Of a DNA stretch of 64,000 nt, positions 27,548-43,847 are shown piece by piece; positions within the stretch are counted from its first letter, which is position 1, and each line of letters begins with the position of its first letter. The stretch lies in the NCBI GenBank assembly GCA_964016885.1, contig OZ024740.1, positions 145,576,001 to 145,640,000 on the forward strand, in the 5' to 3' direction. Source of the DNA: Eledone cirrhosa. Lineage: Eukaryota. The translations under genes and the position numbers were made by a program. Under the pieces are notes generated by a model. The model searched no databases, was not told where the DNA came from, and saw nothing but the letters and a program-made list of their open reading frames with translations.

Positions 27548-29062
27548 ATGGCTTGTGAGAGCTATACAAGCCATGTATAAAGAAACAGTCAGCAAGGTTA
27601 GAATTAACAACGAATATAGTGAAGAGTTTAGTGTAAAAGTTGGTGTTCATCAGGGCTCTGTTCTTAGCCCCCTACTATTTATTATTGCCCTCCAGGCTAT
27701 AACAGTGGAGTTCAAGACCGGCTGCCCATGGGAACTCCTATACGCAGATGATCTAACGCTCATAGCTGAATCAATGGCCGAGCTAGAGAAGAAATTCCAA
27801 ACATGGAAGCACGGCCTAGAATCAAAAGGCCTTAAAATTAACCTGGCTAAGACTAAAGTTCTAGTTTGTAAGAAAGAAAATAAGGCGGCGGTCCCCTCCG
27901 GGAAGTGGTCATGCGCAGAGTGTAGGAAAGGCGTAGGTAGACATTCCATTTTGTGTCCCAAATGCAAAGTTTGGGTGCATAAAAGATGTAGTGGGATCAC
28001 AGGTAAGCTAACTAAGAACATAGATTTTACATATGGCCGGTGTTCTGGGGCAATAAGTAGCAGCAAGTGCTTTCAATTGCGCAGAGGGTTCTATAGAAAT
28101 AGTGGACAGCTTCCGTTACCTGGGTGACAAAATCAGCAGTGGGGGAGGGTGCTCTGAAAGTACAGTAGCTAGAGTCAGAACTGGGTGGAAAAAGTTCAGA
28201 GAGCTTATACCACTATTAGCCGCTAAAGGGTTCTCCCTAAAAATGAAAGGCAGGCTGTACGATGCCTGCATACGAACAGCAATGTTGCATGGCAGTGAGA
28301 CCTGGGCATTGTGTGCAGAGGATATACGCAGACTAGAGAGAAACGAAGCTTGCATGCTCCGCTGGATGTGTAATAGTAATATACGTGAACGACAAAGCAT
28401 AAACGAACTAAGGAAAAAATTAGAAATAAGAGGGATCAGATGTTGTTTACTAGAGAGAAGGCTACGTTGGTATGGTCACGTGATGCGCATGAAGGACGAT
28501 AGCTGTATAGCAAAGTGCAGGGCAATAAAGATAGACGGTAGCCACGGAATAGGCAGACCCAGAAAAACCTGGGACGAGCTGATAAACTCCGACCTCACAC
28601 ACTTACACCTCACCAAGACAATGTCACTGGACCGAGACCTTTGGCGGTACTCAGTAATAGAGAAGACCCGCCTTACCTAAATACAAAGTAAAACCTACTG
28701 TAGTCAGTAGGCATCTCTAACAAAATACACCCCCGTCCCACCACCCCCACCCCATCGCCCCCTTCTATGTAAAGTTATGTTGGTGCCACACCATCCAGGC
28801 AGAAACAAATGAGATCGTGTAGGTGTCATGACAAAAAAACACACAGTCCACGCTGTAATGTGGCCGTGTAGGCAACACGGTATAAACCTCCCAGACCCAC
28901 ACTGTAAATGTGGTTGGTGTTAGGAAGGGCATCCAACTGTAGAAAACCTGCCAGACAGTCCTATGCGAGCAAGACAATCACTCTTGCCTCAAGTGGGAAA
29001 ATCCCCGTCCAAACCCATGCAAGCGTGGAACACGGATGTTAAACGTTGATGATGATGATGAT
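27548..29062 (+). mobile_element. RTE LINE family B, 5'-truncated, frameshifted copy
   Basis: [31 protein letters not shown]; small deletion near 28069 shifts the frame; (GAT)n tail. Confidence 0.95.
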
Positions 29063-29112
29063 ACACATATATATATATATATACATACATACACACATAT
29101 ATATATATACAC

Positions 29113-29161
<49 letters not shown>

Positions 29162-29199
29162 CATACATACATACACATATATATACATACATACATACA

Positions 29200-30597
29200 C
29201 ATCATCATCATCATCATCAACGTTTAACGTCCGTGTTCCACGCTTGCATGGGTTTGGACGGGGGTAGTCCCACTTGAGGCAAGAGTGATTGTCTTGCTCG
29301 CATAGGACTGTCTGGCAGATTTTCTACAGTTGGATGCCCTTCCTAACACCAACCACATTTACAGTGTGGGTCTGGGAGGTTTTTACCGTGTTGCCTACAC
29401 GGCCACATTACAGCGTGGACTGTGTGATTTTTTTGTCGTGACACCTACACGATCTCATTTGTTTCGGCCTGGATGGCGCGGCACCAACATAACTTTACAT
29501 AGAACGGGGTGGTGTGGATGGGGTGGGGGTGGTGGCGTGACGGGGTGTATTTTGTTAGAGATGCCTACTGGCAAGGCGGGTCTTCTCTGTTACTGAGTAC
29601 CGCCAAAGGTCTCGGTCCACTGACATTGTCTTGGAGAGGTGTAAGTGTGTGAGGTCGGAGTTTATCAGCTCGTCCCAGGTTTTTCTAGGTCTGCCTATTC
29701 CGTGGCTACCGTCTATCTTTATTGTCCTGCACTTTGTTATACAGCTATCGACTTTCATGCGCATCACGTGTCCATACCAACGTAGCCTTCTCTCGAGTAA
29801 ACAACATCTGATCCCTCTTATCTCTAATTTTTTCCTTAGTTCGTTTATGCTTTGCCGTTCACGTATATTACTGTTACACATCCAGTGGAGCATGCAAGTT
29901 TCGTTCCTCTCTAGTCTGCGTATATCCTCTGCACACAATGCCCAGGTCTCACTGCCATGCAACATTGCTGTTCGTATGCAGGCATCGTACAACCTGCCTT
30001 TCATTTTTAGGGAGAACCCTTTAGCAGCTAATAGTGGTATAAGCTCTCTGAACTTTTTCCACCCAGTTCTGACTCTAGCTACTGTACTTTCAGAGCACCC
30101 TCCCCCACTGCTGATTTTATCGCCCAGGTAACGGAAGCTGTCCACTATTTCTATAGAACCCTCTGCGCAATTGAAAGAGCTAGTATTTTGTGGGCACTTG
30201 CTGCTACTTATTGCACCAGAACACCGGCCACATGTAAAATCTATGTTCTTAGTTAGCTTACCTGTGATCCCACTACATCTTTTATGCACCCATACTTTGC
30301 ATTTAGGACATAAAATGGAGTTTCTACCTACGCCTTTCCTACACACCGAGCACGACCATTTCCCAGAAGGCACCGCCGCCTTGTTTTCTTTCCTACAAAC
30401 TAGAACTTTAGTCTTAGCCAGGTTAATTTTAAGTCCTTTTGACTCTAGGCCGTGCTTCCATGTTTGGAATTTCTTCTCTAGCTCGGCCATTGATTCCGCT
30501 ATGAGTGTCAGGTCGTCTGCGTATAGGAGTTCCCATGGGCAGCCGGTCTTGAACTCCTCTGTTATAGCCTGAAGGGCAATAATAAATAGTAGGGGGC
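29200..30597 (-). mobile_element. RTE LINE family B, 5'-truncated copy (tail-to-tail with the previous copy)
   Basis: Open frame PLLFII...YADD...PHD-like finger...FRYLG...WYGHVMR; (GAT)n tail. Confidence 0.95.
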
Positions 30598-31107
30598 AGA
30601 TATATACATACATACATACACACATATATATACATACATACATACACATATATATATATACATACATACATACACATATATATATACATACATACATACA
30701 CACATATATATACATACATACATACACATATATATATATACATACATACACATATATATATACATACATACACATATATATATATACATACATACACATA
30801 TATATATATACATACATACACATATATATATATACATACATACACATATATATATATACATACATACACATATATATATATACATACATACACATATATA
30901 TATATACATACATACACATATATATATATACATACATACATACATATATATATATATACATACATACATACACATATATATACATACATACATACATACA
31001 CATATATATATATACATACATACACATATATATATATACATACATACATACACATATATACATACATACACATATATATATATACATACATATATATATA
31101 TATACAT

Positions 31108-32071
31108 TAAAAAAAAAATATCATTAGAATATGGAATAAAGCCTGATATAAATCTCTCACCCAGAGAAATCGGAAGATCCTATTCAATGTTCAAACAAGA
31201 TTAAAAAATTGACCAATTTACAGAAAAAGTTGTGCATGGATACTTGAGGCGTAAAACACAGACCATAGAGGGGATAAACCACTCAAAAAGCCTGGCATGG
31301 AGTTCCGACAAGTTTATGACATCACACCTTGAGAGATATCTCTATGCAATACAGGAACAAGAACTCCCTACCAAATATCTGCTGCACAAAAGAGGAGGGC
31401 CAGCAGCTGACAATAAATGTAGGCTATGTAAAACAAAGATCGAGGATGTAAACCACATTGTTGCCAGCTGTGAAAGAATGTCATCTCGCTACTACCTGCC
31501 CATGAGACACGATGGGATAGCTAGAACCATCTGGAACACACTTCGGAAAACAAAATTAACAACAAACGAGGAAGAATATATTTAGACAGATGGCACTAAG
31601 GAATACTGGTGGAACCTGAAAATAAAAACTGCCACCAAATTAAAGCACAACCGGCCTGAGATTGTAGTTTGGGACCACACATTGAAAACGTGTTCTGTTG
31701 TGGAGATCAGCTGCCCACTTGATGTAAACGTTGTCAGAAAAATACAGGAGAAGTAGGACATCTACGGACCATTGATGAGGAGTTTACAAATCCAGTATCC
31801 AAGATACACCTTTAGCTTCATACCCATCATTATTGGTGCTACGGGTTATATACCAACCCGCTTGGACCAAAGTATGACTGAACTTGGATTTGCGGACAAA
31901 AAGCGCAGCTCCCTAATTCATAGTCTACAAATGGCTGCGATAGCTGGCACCTTCAAAATTTGCAAAACATTCTTGCGATTCAAGGGATGACAATTTCTTT
32001 TCTTTTACAACCTTGCCACCAGGAAGGTGGCCGGTCAAAAAAATATACTCGAAATTATGAGAAAGAGAAAA
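31108..32071 (+). mobile_element. R4/Dong-like non-LTR retrotransposon 3' fragment (restriction-like endonuclease)
   Basis: HGY...AIQEQELPTKY, CCHC knuckle CRLC...HIVASC, RHD, RPEIVVWD...VEISCP, PIIIGATG; in-frame stops at ~31583 and ~31754. Confidence 0.88.
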
Positions 32072-32078
32072 CATATAT

Positions 32079-32131
<53 letters not shown>

Positions 32132-32174
32132 CATATATATATATACATATATATATATACATATATATATATAC

Positions 32175-32209
<35 letters not shown>

Positions 32210-34070
32210 CATATATATATACATATATATATACATACATATATATATATACATATATATATATATACATATATATATACATACATATATATATATACAT
32301 ATATATATACATATATATATATATACATATATATATACATACATATATACATATATATATATATACATATATATATACATACATATATACATACATATAT
32401 ATATATACATATATATATACATACATATATACATACATATATACATACATATATACATACATACATATATATATACATATATATATACATACATATATAT
32501 ATACATACATACATATATACATACATACATACATATATACATATACATATATATATACATATACATATATATATACACATACATACATATATATATACAT
32601 ACATATATATATACATACATATATATATACATACATATATATATACATACATATATATATACATACATATATATATATATACATACATATATATATACAT
32701 ACATATATATATACATACATATATATATACATACATATATATATACATACATACATATACATACATACATATATATATATATATACATACATACATATAT
32801 ATATATATACATACATACATATATATATACATACATACATATATATATACATACATACATATATATATACATACATACATACATATATATATATACATAC
32901 ATACATATATATATACATATACATATATATATACATATACATACATATATATATACATACATATATATATACATACATATATATATACATACATATATAT
33001 ATATATATATACATACATATATATATACATACACATATATATATACATACACATATATATATACATACATACATATATATATACATACATATATATATAC
33101 ATACATATATATATACATACATACATATATATATACATACATACATACATATATACATACATACATACATATATATATACATACATACATACATATATAT
33201 ATACATACTTATATATATATATACATACATATATATATATATACATACATACATACATACATATATATATACATACATACATATATACATACATACATAT
33301 ATACATACATATATATATATACATACACATATATATATATATATATACATATATACATATATATATACATATATACATACATATATATATATATATACAT
33401 ACATATATACATACATATATATATATATACATACATACATATATATATACATACATACATATATACATACATATATATATATATACACATACATATATAT
33501 ATATACACATACATATATATATATATATATACACATACATATATATATATACACATACATATATATATATACACATACATATATATATATACACATACAT
33601 ATATATATATACACATACATATATATATACACATACATTTATATATATACACATACACATATATATATACACATATATATATACACATACATATATATAT
33701 ATATACACATACATATATATATATATATATACACATACATATATATATATATATACACATACATATATATATATATACACATACATATATATATATATAT
33801 ATATACACATACATATATATATATACACATACATATATATATATATATACACATACATATATATATATATATATACACATATATATATATACACATACAT
33901 ATATATATATATATACACATACATATATATATATATATATACACATATATATATATACACATACATATATATATATACACATACATATATATATATACAC
34001 ATACATATATATATATACACATACATATATATATATACACATACATATATATATATACACATATATATAT

Positions 34071-34111
<41 letters not shown>

Positions 34112-34286
34112 TACATATATACATACATATATATATATACATATATACATACATATATATATATACATATATACATACATATATATATATACATATATAC
34201 ATACATATATATATACATACATATATACATACATATATATATACATACATATATATATACATACATACATACATACATACATACAT

Positions 34287-34695
34287 GGTGGCTGCCAACT
34301 CGTTTTCGAGTACGGCCACTACTTCATATCCATGTAGGAGAACCTCTACCGATGCGCTGAACGAGTGTGACTTTTTAGTCCAGCCAGCGACTTGAAAACT
34401 CTGGTACAAACACTACACTTGTGACAATTATTGACACATAGTGCTAGGCCCATGGTACCATGTGACGACAAGTGCAGAGAGATCTCCAGATATAAAGCAA
34501 TGCCTGTGCCGTGAAGCCTTTATAGTGAGCAAAGGCACTGCACAAAGCCAGTCCCACTCTCTTAACCAAGATGATATTTACCAAAAAGAAGAACAAGTCA
34601 ACATCATTGGATACCATCAGGGTTGCAGGTGTTATATCAGAGTTTTCCTTCTCCTAGAATTCTGCCTTGACAAAGGCTAAGGGGTCATCTCTCCC
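34287..34695 (-). mobile_element. 608-bp RTE-derived non-autonomous element, copy 1 (5'-truncated)
   Basis: Near-identical to five other copies; 3' end ...cgagttggcagccacc followed by (ATGT)n. Confidence 0.9.
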
Positions 34696-34760
34696 ATATA
34701 TATATACATACATATATACATACATACATACATACATACATACATACATACATACATACA

Positions 34761-34796
<36 letters not shown>

Positions 34797-35099
34797 TACA
34801 TACATATATACATACATATATACATACATACATATATACATACATATATTCATACATACATACATACATATATATATACATACATACATACATACATATA
34901 TATATACATACATACATACATATATATACATACATACATACATATATATACATACATACATATATATACATACATACATACATATATATACATACATACA
35001 TATATATACATACATACATATATATACATACATACATATATATACATACATACATATATATACATACATACATATATATACATACATACATATATATAC

Positions 35100-35138
<39 letters not shown>

Positions 35139-35887
35139 CATATATATATACATACATATATACATACATATATATACATACATACATACATATATACATA
35201 CATACATATATATACATACATACATATATACATACATACATATATATATACATACATACATATATATATACATACATATATATATGTGTGTATGTATATG
35301 TGTGTATGTATATACATACATATATATATACATACACACATATATACATACACACATATATACATACACATATATATACATACACATATATATACATACA
35401 CATATATATACATACACATATATATACATACACATATATATACATACACATATATATACATACACATATATATACATACATATATATACATACACATATA
35501 TATACATACTCATATATATACATACACATATATACATACACATATATATACATACATACATATATACATACACATATATATATATACACATATATATATA
35601 TACACATACATATATATACACATACATATATATACACATACATACATATACACATACATACATATATATATACATACATACATACATATATATATACATA
35701 CACATATATATATAGATATATACATACACATATATATATAGATATATACATACACATATATATATAGATATATACATACACATATATATATAGATATATA
35801 CATACACATATATATATAGATATATACATACACATATATATATACATACACATATATATATATATATACATACATATATATATATAT

Positions 35888-35926
<39 letters not shown>

Positions 35927-35963
35927 CATATATATATATATATACATACATATATATATATAT

Positions 35964-35994
<31 letters not shown>

Positions 35995-36025
35995 CATACA
36001 TATATATATAGATATATACATACAC

Positions 36026-36060
<35 letters not shown>

Positions 36061-36329
36061 CATACATACATATATATATATATATACATACATATATATA
36101 TATATATACATACATACATACATATATATATATATACATACATACATATATATATATACATACATATATATATATATATACATACATACATATATATATA
36201 TATACATACATACATATATATATATATATACATACATATATATATATATATACATACATATATATATACATACATATATATATACATACATATATATATA
36301 CATACATATATATATACATACATATATAT

Positions 36330-36362
<33 letters not shown>

Positions 36363-36372
36363 CATACATACA

Positions 36373-36418
<46 letters not shown>

Positions 36419-36535
36419 CATATATATACATACATACATATATATACATACATACATATATATACATACATACATACATACATATATACATACATACATA
36501 CATATACATACATACATACATATACATACATACAT

Positions 36536-37143
36536 GGTGGCTGCCAACTCGTTTTCGAGTACGGCCACTACTTTATATCCATGTAGGAGAACCTCTACCG
36601 ATGCGCTGAACGAGTGTGACTTTTTAGTCCAGCCAGCGACTTGAAAACTCTGGTACAAACACTACACTTGTGACAATTATTGACACATAGTGCTTTACCC
36701 TTGATACCATGTGACGACAAGTGCAGAGAGATCTCCAGATACAAAGCAATGCCTGTGCCGTGAAGCTTTTATAGTGAGCAAAGGCACTGCACAAAGCCAG
36801 TCCCACTCTCTTAACCAAGATGATATTTACCAAAAAGAAGAACAAGTCAACATCATTGGATACCATCAGGGTTGCAGGTGTTATATCAGAGTTTTCCTTC
36901 TCCTAGAATTCTGCCTTGACAAAGGCTAAGGGGTCATCTCTCCCAGTGATTTTGGATGGCCATTGACTCTTATGAGCTCCTTTGCCCTTTGACAGGTTTT
37001 GTTTTTAGTCCTGCAGGATGTCCAAAGTCACCCTCCTCACCAAGAAACCTTGGTGGGGTTGCCAGTTTAGTCGCCAACGACCCGACCATGAGACAGGTTG
37101 TACTGGGATACATGTTACCAGTAGCACCAAGTGGTGACCTGAC
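36536..37143 (-). mobile_element. 608-bp RTE-derived non-autonomous element, copy 2 (full length)
   Basis: Starts GTCAGGTCACC, ends cagccacc(ATGT)n. Confidence 0.9.
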
Positions 37144-37434
37144 ATAAATACATACATACATACATACATATACATACATACATATATATATACATACATA
37201 TATATATACATACATATATACATACATATATATATACATACATATATACATACATATATATATACATACATATATACATACATACATATATACATACACA
37301 TATATATACATACACATATATACATACACATATATATACATACACATATATATACATACACATAGATATATACATACATATATATATACATACATACATA
37401 TATATATACATACATATATATATATACATACATA

Positions 37435-38306
37435 TCATCATCATCATCATCATCAACGTTTAACGTCCGTGTTCCACGCTTGCATGGGTTTGGACGGGGG
37501 TTTTCCCACTTGAGGCAAGAGTGATTGTCTTGCTCGCATAGGACTGTCTGGCAGGTTTTCTACAGTTGGATGCCCTTCCTAACACCAACCACATTTACAG
37601 TGTGGGTCTGGGAGGTTTTTACCGTGTTGCCTACACGGCCACATTACAGCGTGGACTGTGTGTTTTTTTGTCGTGACACCTACACAACCTCTTTTGTTTC
37701 GGCCTGGATGGCGCGGCACCAACATAACTTTACATAGAACGGGGTGGTGTGGATTGGGTGGGGGTGATGGTGGTGGGACGGGGTGTATTTTGTTAGAGAT
37801 GCCTACTGGTTGGAGTAGGTTTTACTATATATTTAGGTAAGGCGGGTCTTCTCTGTTACTGAGTACCGCCAAAGGTCTCGGTCCAGTGACATTGTCTTGG
37901 AGAGGTGTAAGTGTGTGATGTCGGAGTTTATCAGCTCATCCCAGGTTTTTCTAGGTCTGCCTATTCCGTGACTACCGTCTACCTTTATTGCCCTGCACTT
38001 TGTTATACAGCTATCGACTTTCATGCGCATCACGTGTCCATACCAACGTAGCCTTCTCTCGAGTAAACAACATCTGATCCCTCTTATCTCTAATTTTTTC
38101 CTTAGTTCGTTTATGCTTTGCCGTTCACGTATATTACTGTTACACATCCAACGGAGCATGCAAGCTTCGTTCCTCTCTAGTCTGCGTATATCCTCTGCAC
38201 ACAATGCCCAGGTCTCACTGCCATGCAGCATTGCTGTTCGTATGCAGGCATCGTACAACCTGCCTTTCACTTTTAGGGAGAACCCTTTAGCAGCTAATAG
38301 TGGTAT
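37435..38306 (-). mobile_element. RTE LINE family B, 5'-truncated copy
   Basis: [11 protein letters not shown]...HGSETW...WYGHVMR...KTRLT*, (GAT)n tail. Confidence 0.94.
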
Positions 38307-38322
38307 ATATATATACATACAC

Positions 38323-38353
<31 letters not shown>

Positions 38354-39617
38354 CATACACATACATATATATACACATACATACATATACACATACATAC
38401 ATATTATACATACATACATACATACATACATACATACATACATACATACACATATATATACATACACATATATATATATACACATATATATATATACATA
38501 CACATATATATATACATACACATATATATATATACATACACATATATATATATACATACACATATATATATATACATACACATATATATATATACATACA
38601 CATATATATATATATATACATACACATATATATATATATATACATACACATATATATATATACATACACATATATATATATACATACACATATATATATA
38701 TACATACACATATATATATATACATACACATATATATATACACATATATATATATATATACATACACATATATATATATATACATACACATATATATATA
38801 TATGCATACACATATATATATATGCATACACATATATATATATACATACACATATATATATATACATACACATATATATATATACATACACATATATATA
38901 TATACATACACATATATATATATACATACACATATATATATATACATACACATATATATATAGATATATACATACACATATATATATATATATATATATA
39001 CATACACATATATATATATACATACACATATATATATATATACATACACATATATATATATACATACACATATATATATATATACATACACATATATATA
39101 TATATACATACACATATATATATATATACATACACATATATATATATACATACACATATATATATATACATACACATATATATATATACATACACATATA
39201 TATATATATACATACACATATATATATACATACACATATATATATATACATACACATATATATATATACATACACATATATATATATATATACATACACA
39301 CATATATATATATACATACACACATATATATATATATACATACACATATATATATATATATACATACACACATATATATATATACATACACACATATATA
39401 TATATATACATACACATATATATATATATATACATACACATATATATATATATATACATACACATATATATATATATATACATACACATATATATATATA
39501 TATACATACACATATATATATATATATACATACACATATATATATATATATACATACACATATATATATATATATACATACACATATATATATATACATA
39601 CATACACATATATATAT

Positions 39618-39718
<101 letters not shown>

Positions 39719-39798
39719 CATACATACATATATATATACAAACATATATATATACATACAAACATATATATATATATACATACATACATACATACATA

Positions 39799-42377
39799 TC
39801 ATCATCATCACCGTTTTACGTCCGTTCTTCCACGCTAGCATGGGTTACACGGGTTGTCCTGTTGTGTGCAGTGTCTGGTCGGCTGACCATGCCTTGCTCA
39901 TACAGGAACTGATCTGGCTTGATTTCTACAGCTGGATGCCCTTCCTAACACCAACCTCATTTACAGTGAGTGCTGGGTGCTTTTTCGTGGCGCCTACACA
40001 TCCAGTTTACAGTGTGGCCTGGGTGCTTTTTTGCCGTGGCACCTCCACGACCACCTTGCGGTGGGGGGTGTGGGGGCATATTGTTTATATGCTTCAGCAT
40101 GTACCCATGGTAGGTCGGGTACTCTGTATTACTGCGTGACGCCAGAGATCACGGTCGTGTGTCATCGCCTTTGAGAGGTGTAATTGGGTACGGTCGGCTT
40201 TTATCACCTCATCCCAGGTCATCTTGGGTCTCCCCACTCCGCGGTTTCCATCGACTTCTAGTGCTCCGCACCTTTTTATGCAGCTGTCATCCTTCATACG
40301 CATCACATGTCCATACCAGCGCAACCGCCTCTCCTGCACACAGCATTTGATTCCTCTTATGCTCAGTCTCTCTCTCAATTCATTTATGCTTTGTCGTTCA
40401 CGTATATTACTGTTACACATCCATCGGAGCATGCAGGCTTCGTTTCTCTCTAATCTTCGTAAGTCTTCCACCTTCAGCGCCCAGGTCTCACTACCATGCA
40501 ACATCGCTGTTCGGATACACGCATCATACAGTCTGCCTTTCATTCTGAGGGAGAAGCCTTTTGCAGCTAGCAGTGGTAGTAGTTCCCTAAACTTCTTCCA
40601 TCCCGTTCTTACCCTAGTTATTGTACTTTCTGAGCACCCACCTCCGTTGCTAATTCGGTCACCTAGGTAGCAGAAGCTGTCTACTGTTTCTACAGGGCCC
40701 TCCCAGAGATTGGTGGTACGTGTTTCCTGTGGCTGTTTACTGCTTGCTGTTTCAGCACAGCTGCTGCATGTGAATCCTACATTCTTAATTAAGCTTCCTG
40801 AGATCCCGCTACATCTCTTGTGTACCCATTGTTTGCATTTGGGGCAGAGAATGGAGTTCCTACCTACACCTTTCCTACATACTGAGCAAGGTCATTTCCC
40901 TGAGGGGATCTGGGTTCTGTTTTCTCGTCTACTTACAAGGACCTTAGTCTTTGTCATGTTGACTTTGAGACCCTTTCTTTCTAGTCCCTGCTTCCAGGTT
41001 TGGAATTTATTCTCTAGTTCTACCATAGATTCAGCTATGAGTGCGAGGTCATTAGCATACAGGAGTTCCCATGGGCATCCGGTCTTAAACTCCTCCGTTA
41101 TTGCCTGCAGGACTATGATGAACAGGAGAGGGCTAAGAACAGAGCCCTGGTGGACCCCAACCTGGACGCTAAATTCCTCGCTATACTCATTGCTAATCCT
41201 AACTTTGCTGACTGCTCCCCTATACATGGCTTGTACCGCTATCACAAGCCATTCATCTACTCCTAGTTTTCTAAGAGCCCACCAGATTACAACACGTGGA
41301 ACTCTGTCAAAGGCTTTCTCAAGGTCGACAAATGCCAAGTAGAGTGGCTTACTTTTAGCTAGGTACTTTTCCTGTAATTGCCTCACAAGGAAGAGGGCAT
41401 CAGTGGTGCCTCTTCCTGGTACAAACCCAAATTGCATCTCGTCTATTTTCACCCGGTCCCTAATCAGCTGTGCTATAACTCTTTCTGTTACTTTCATGAC
41501 CTGGTCCATCAACTTTATACCTCTATAGTTTCCTCTATCTAGTGCATCGCCTTTACCTTTGTAGCAGTTGACAATGATGCTACTGCACCAATCTTTTGGT
41601 ATGGCCCCTTCTAGTATTACCTGGTTAACGATACGTGTGGTTATAGTGTGACCTACAGACCCAGATGCCTTCAGCATCTCGGCAGCTATACCCGATGGAC
41701 CGGTTGTCTTCCCCATCTTCATATCTTTGATTGCCTTACATACTACGCTGCTGCTGACTTGTACTGCTGGTCTCTCTATAGGGTCTACTTGGGGTAGGGT
41801 CTCTTCTTCCCATGCATTCTCCTCGTTTAGTAATCTATCATAATGACTCTTCCATGCATCTTTCTTCTCAGCGCTTGTGAGGGCAAGCTCACCTTTATCA
41901 TTCCGGATACACTTCTCTCCAATGACATCACAACTATCTCTGACACACTGCCTCGCAATCTTGAATACCTCCTGTTTCTGGTCCCCACGTTGTAAAACAT
42001 GCTTGAATTTTCTATCCTCTGCTTCCCTCCTAGCTAAGTATACTTGTCGCCTAGCTTCCCTCTTGGTCTCTATGTAATGTACCCTGCTCCCCCCGTTCTT
42101 CCATTCTTTCCAAGCCTGTCTCTTGGCCTTAACTGCTTCATCTACCTTATTGTTCCAGCACCAAGTCACTCTCCTCCTGTTTGAGGTCTTACTCCAGCCA
42201 CAGACCTCATCCGTTGCCTCTAGTAAATTATTTTTTAGGAACTCCCAATTCTCTTCTACGTTAAATGTCTATCTGTTCTTCTTTACTGTCGTAGGCGTTG
42301 AGTAAAATATCTTTAAATCTGTTACTGGTTGAGGGGACTTTCAGCTTCCAGATCTTTCTTCTCCAGGTTGGCCTCTG
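39799..42377 (-). mobile_element. RTE LINE family A, 2.6-kb 5'-truncated inactive copy
   Basis: RT motifs [34 protein letters not shown]; catalytic YADD reads YAND; premature TGA at 40894-40892; (GAT)n tail. Confidence 0.96.
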
Positions 42378-42702
42378 TATACATACATATATCTATACAA
42401 ACATATATACACATATATATACATACATACACATATACATACATACATATATACATACATACATACATATATATATACATACATATATATATACATACAT
42501 ACATACATACACATATATATACATATATATATACACATATACATACATATATACATACATATACATACATATATACATACATACATACACATATATATAC
42601 ATATATATATATACATATACATACATATATCTATACATATACATACATATATATACATATACATACATATATCTATACATACATATATACATACACACAC
42701 AT

Positions 42703-42735
<33 letters not shown>

Positions 42736-42830
42736 TACATACATATATATATACATACATACATACACATATATATACATACATACATATATATACATAC
42801 ATACATACATATATATACATACATACATAT

Positions 42831-43312
42831 GGTGGCTGCCAACTCGTTTTCGAGTACAGCCACTACTTTATATCCATGTAGGAGAACTCCTACGAATGCG
42901 CTGAACGAGTGTGACTTTTTAGTCCAGCCAGCGACTTGAAAACTCTGGTACAAACACTACACTTGTGACAATTATTGACACATAGTGCTGGGTCCATGGT
43001 ACCATGTGACGACAAGTGCAGAGAGATCTCCAGATATAAAGCAATGCCTGTGCCGTGAAGATTTTATAGTGAGCAAAGGCACTGCACAAAGCCAGTCCCA
43101 CTCTCTTAACCAAGATGATATTTACCAAAAAGAAGAACAAGTCAACATCATTGGATACCATCAGGGTTGCAGGTGTTATATCAGAGTTTTCCTTCACCTA
43201 GAATTCTGCCTTGACAAAGGCTAAGGGGTCATCTCTCCCGGTGATTTTGGATGGCCATTGACTCTTAAGAGCTCCTTTGCCCTTTGACAGGTTTTTTTTT
43301 TTAGTCCTGCAG
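42831..43312 (-). mobile_element. 608-bp RTE-derived non-autonomous element, copy 3 (5'-truncated)
   Basis: Same sequence as the other copies. Confidence 0.9.
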
Positions 43313-43387
43313 AATATACATACATACATACACATATATATATATATATATACATACATACATACATACACATATATATATATATAT

Positions 43388-43450
43388 GATGGCTGCCCCC
43401 TCGTTATCGAGTATGGCCATTGCACAATAAAAAAAAAAAAAAAAAAAAAA

Positions 43451-43501
<51 letters not shown>

Positions 43502-43526
43502 AATAAAAAAAAAAAAAAAAAAAAAG

Positions 43527-43559
<33 letters not shown>

Positions 43560-43683
43560 TATACACATATATATATATACACACACATATATACACACAC
43601 ACATACATACACATACATACATATATACACACACACATACATACACATACACTCACACATATATACACACATACATTAATAAC

Positions 43684-43726
<43 letters not shown>

Positions 43727-43805
43727 GCAATAATAATAATAACGACAACAACAATAATAATATACATATTCATATATATATACACACACACGCACGCACA
43801 TAAGC

Positions 43806-43847
<42 letters not shown>

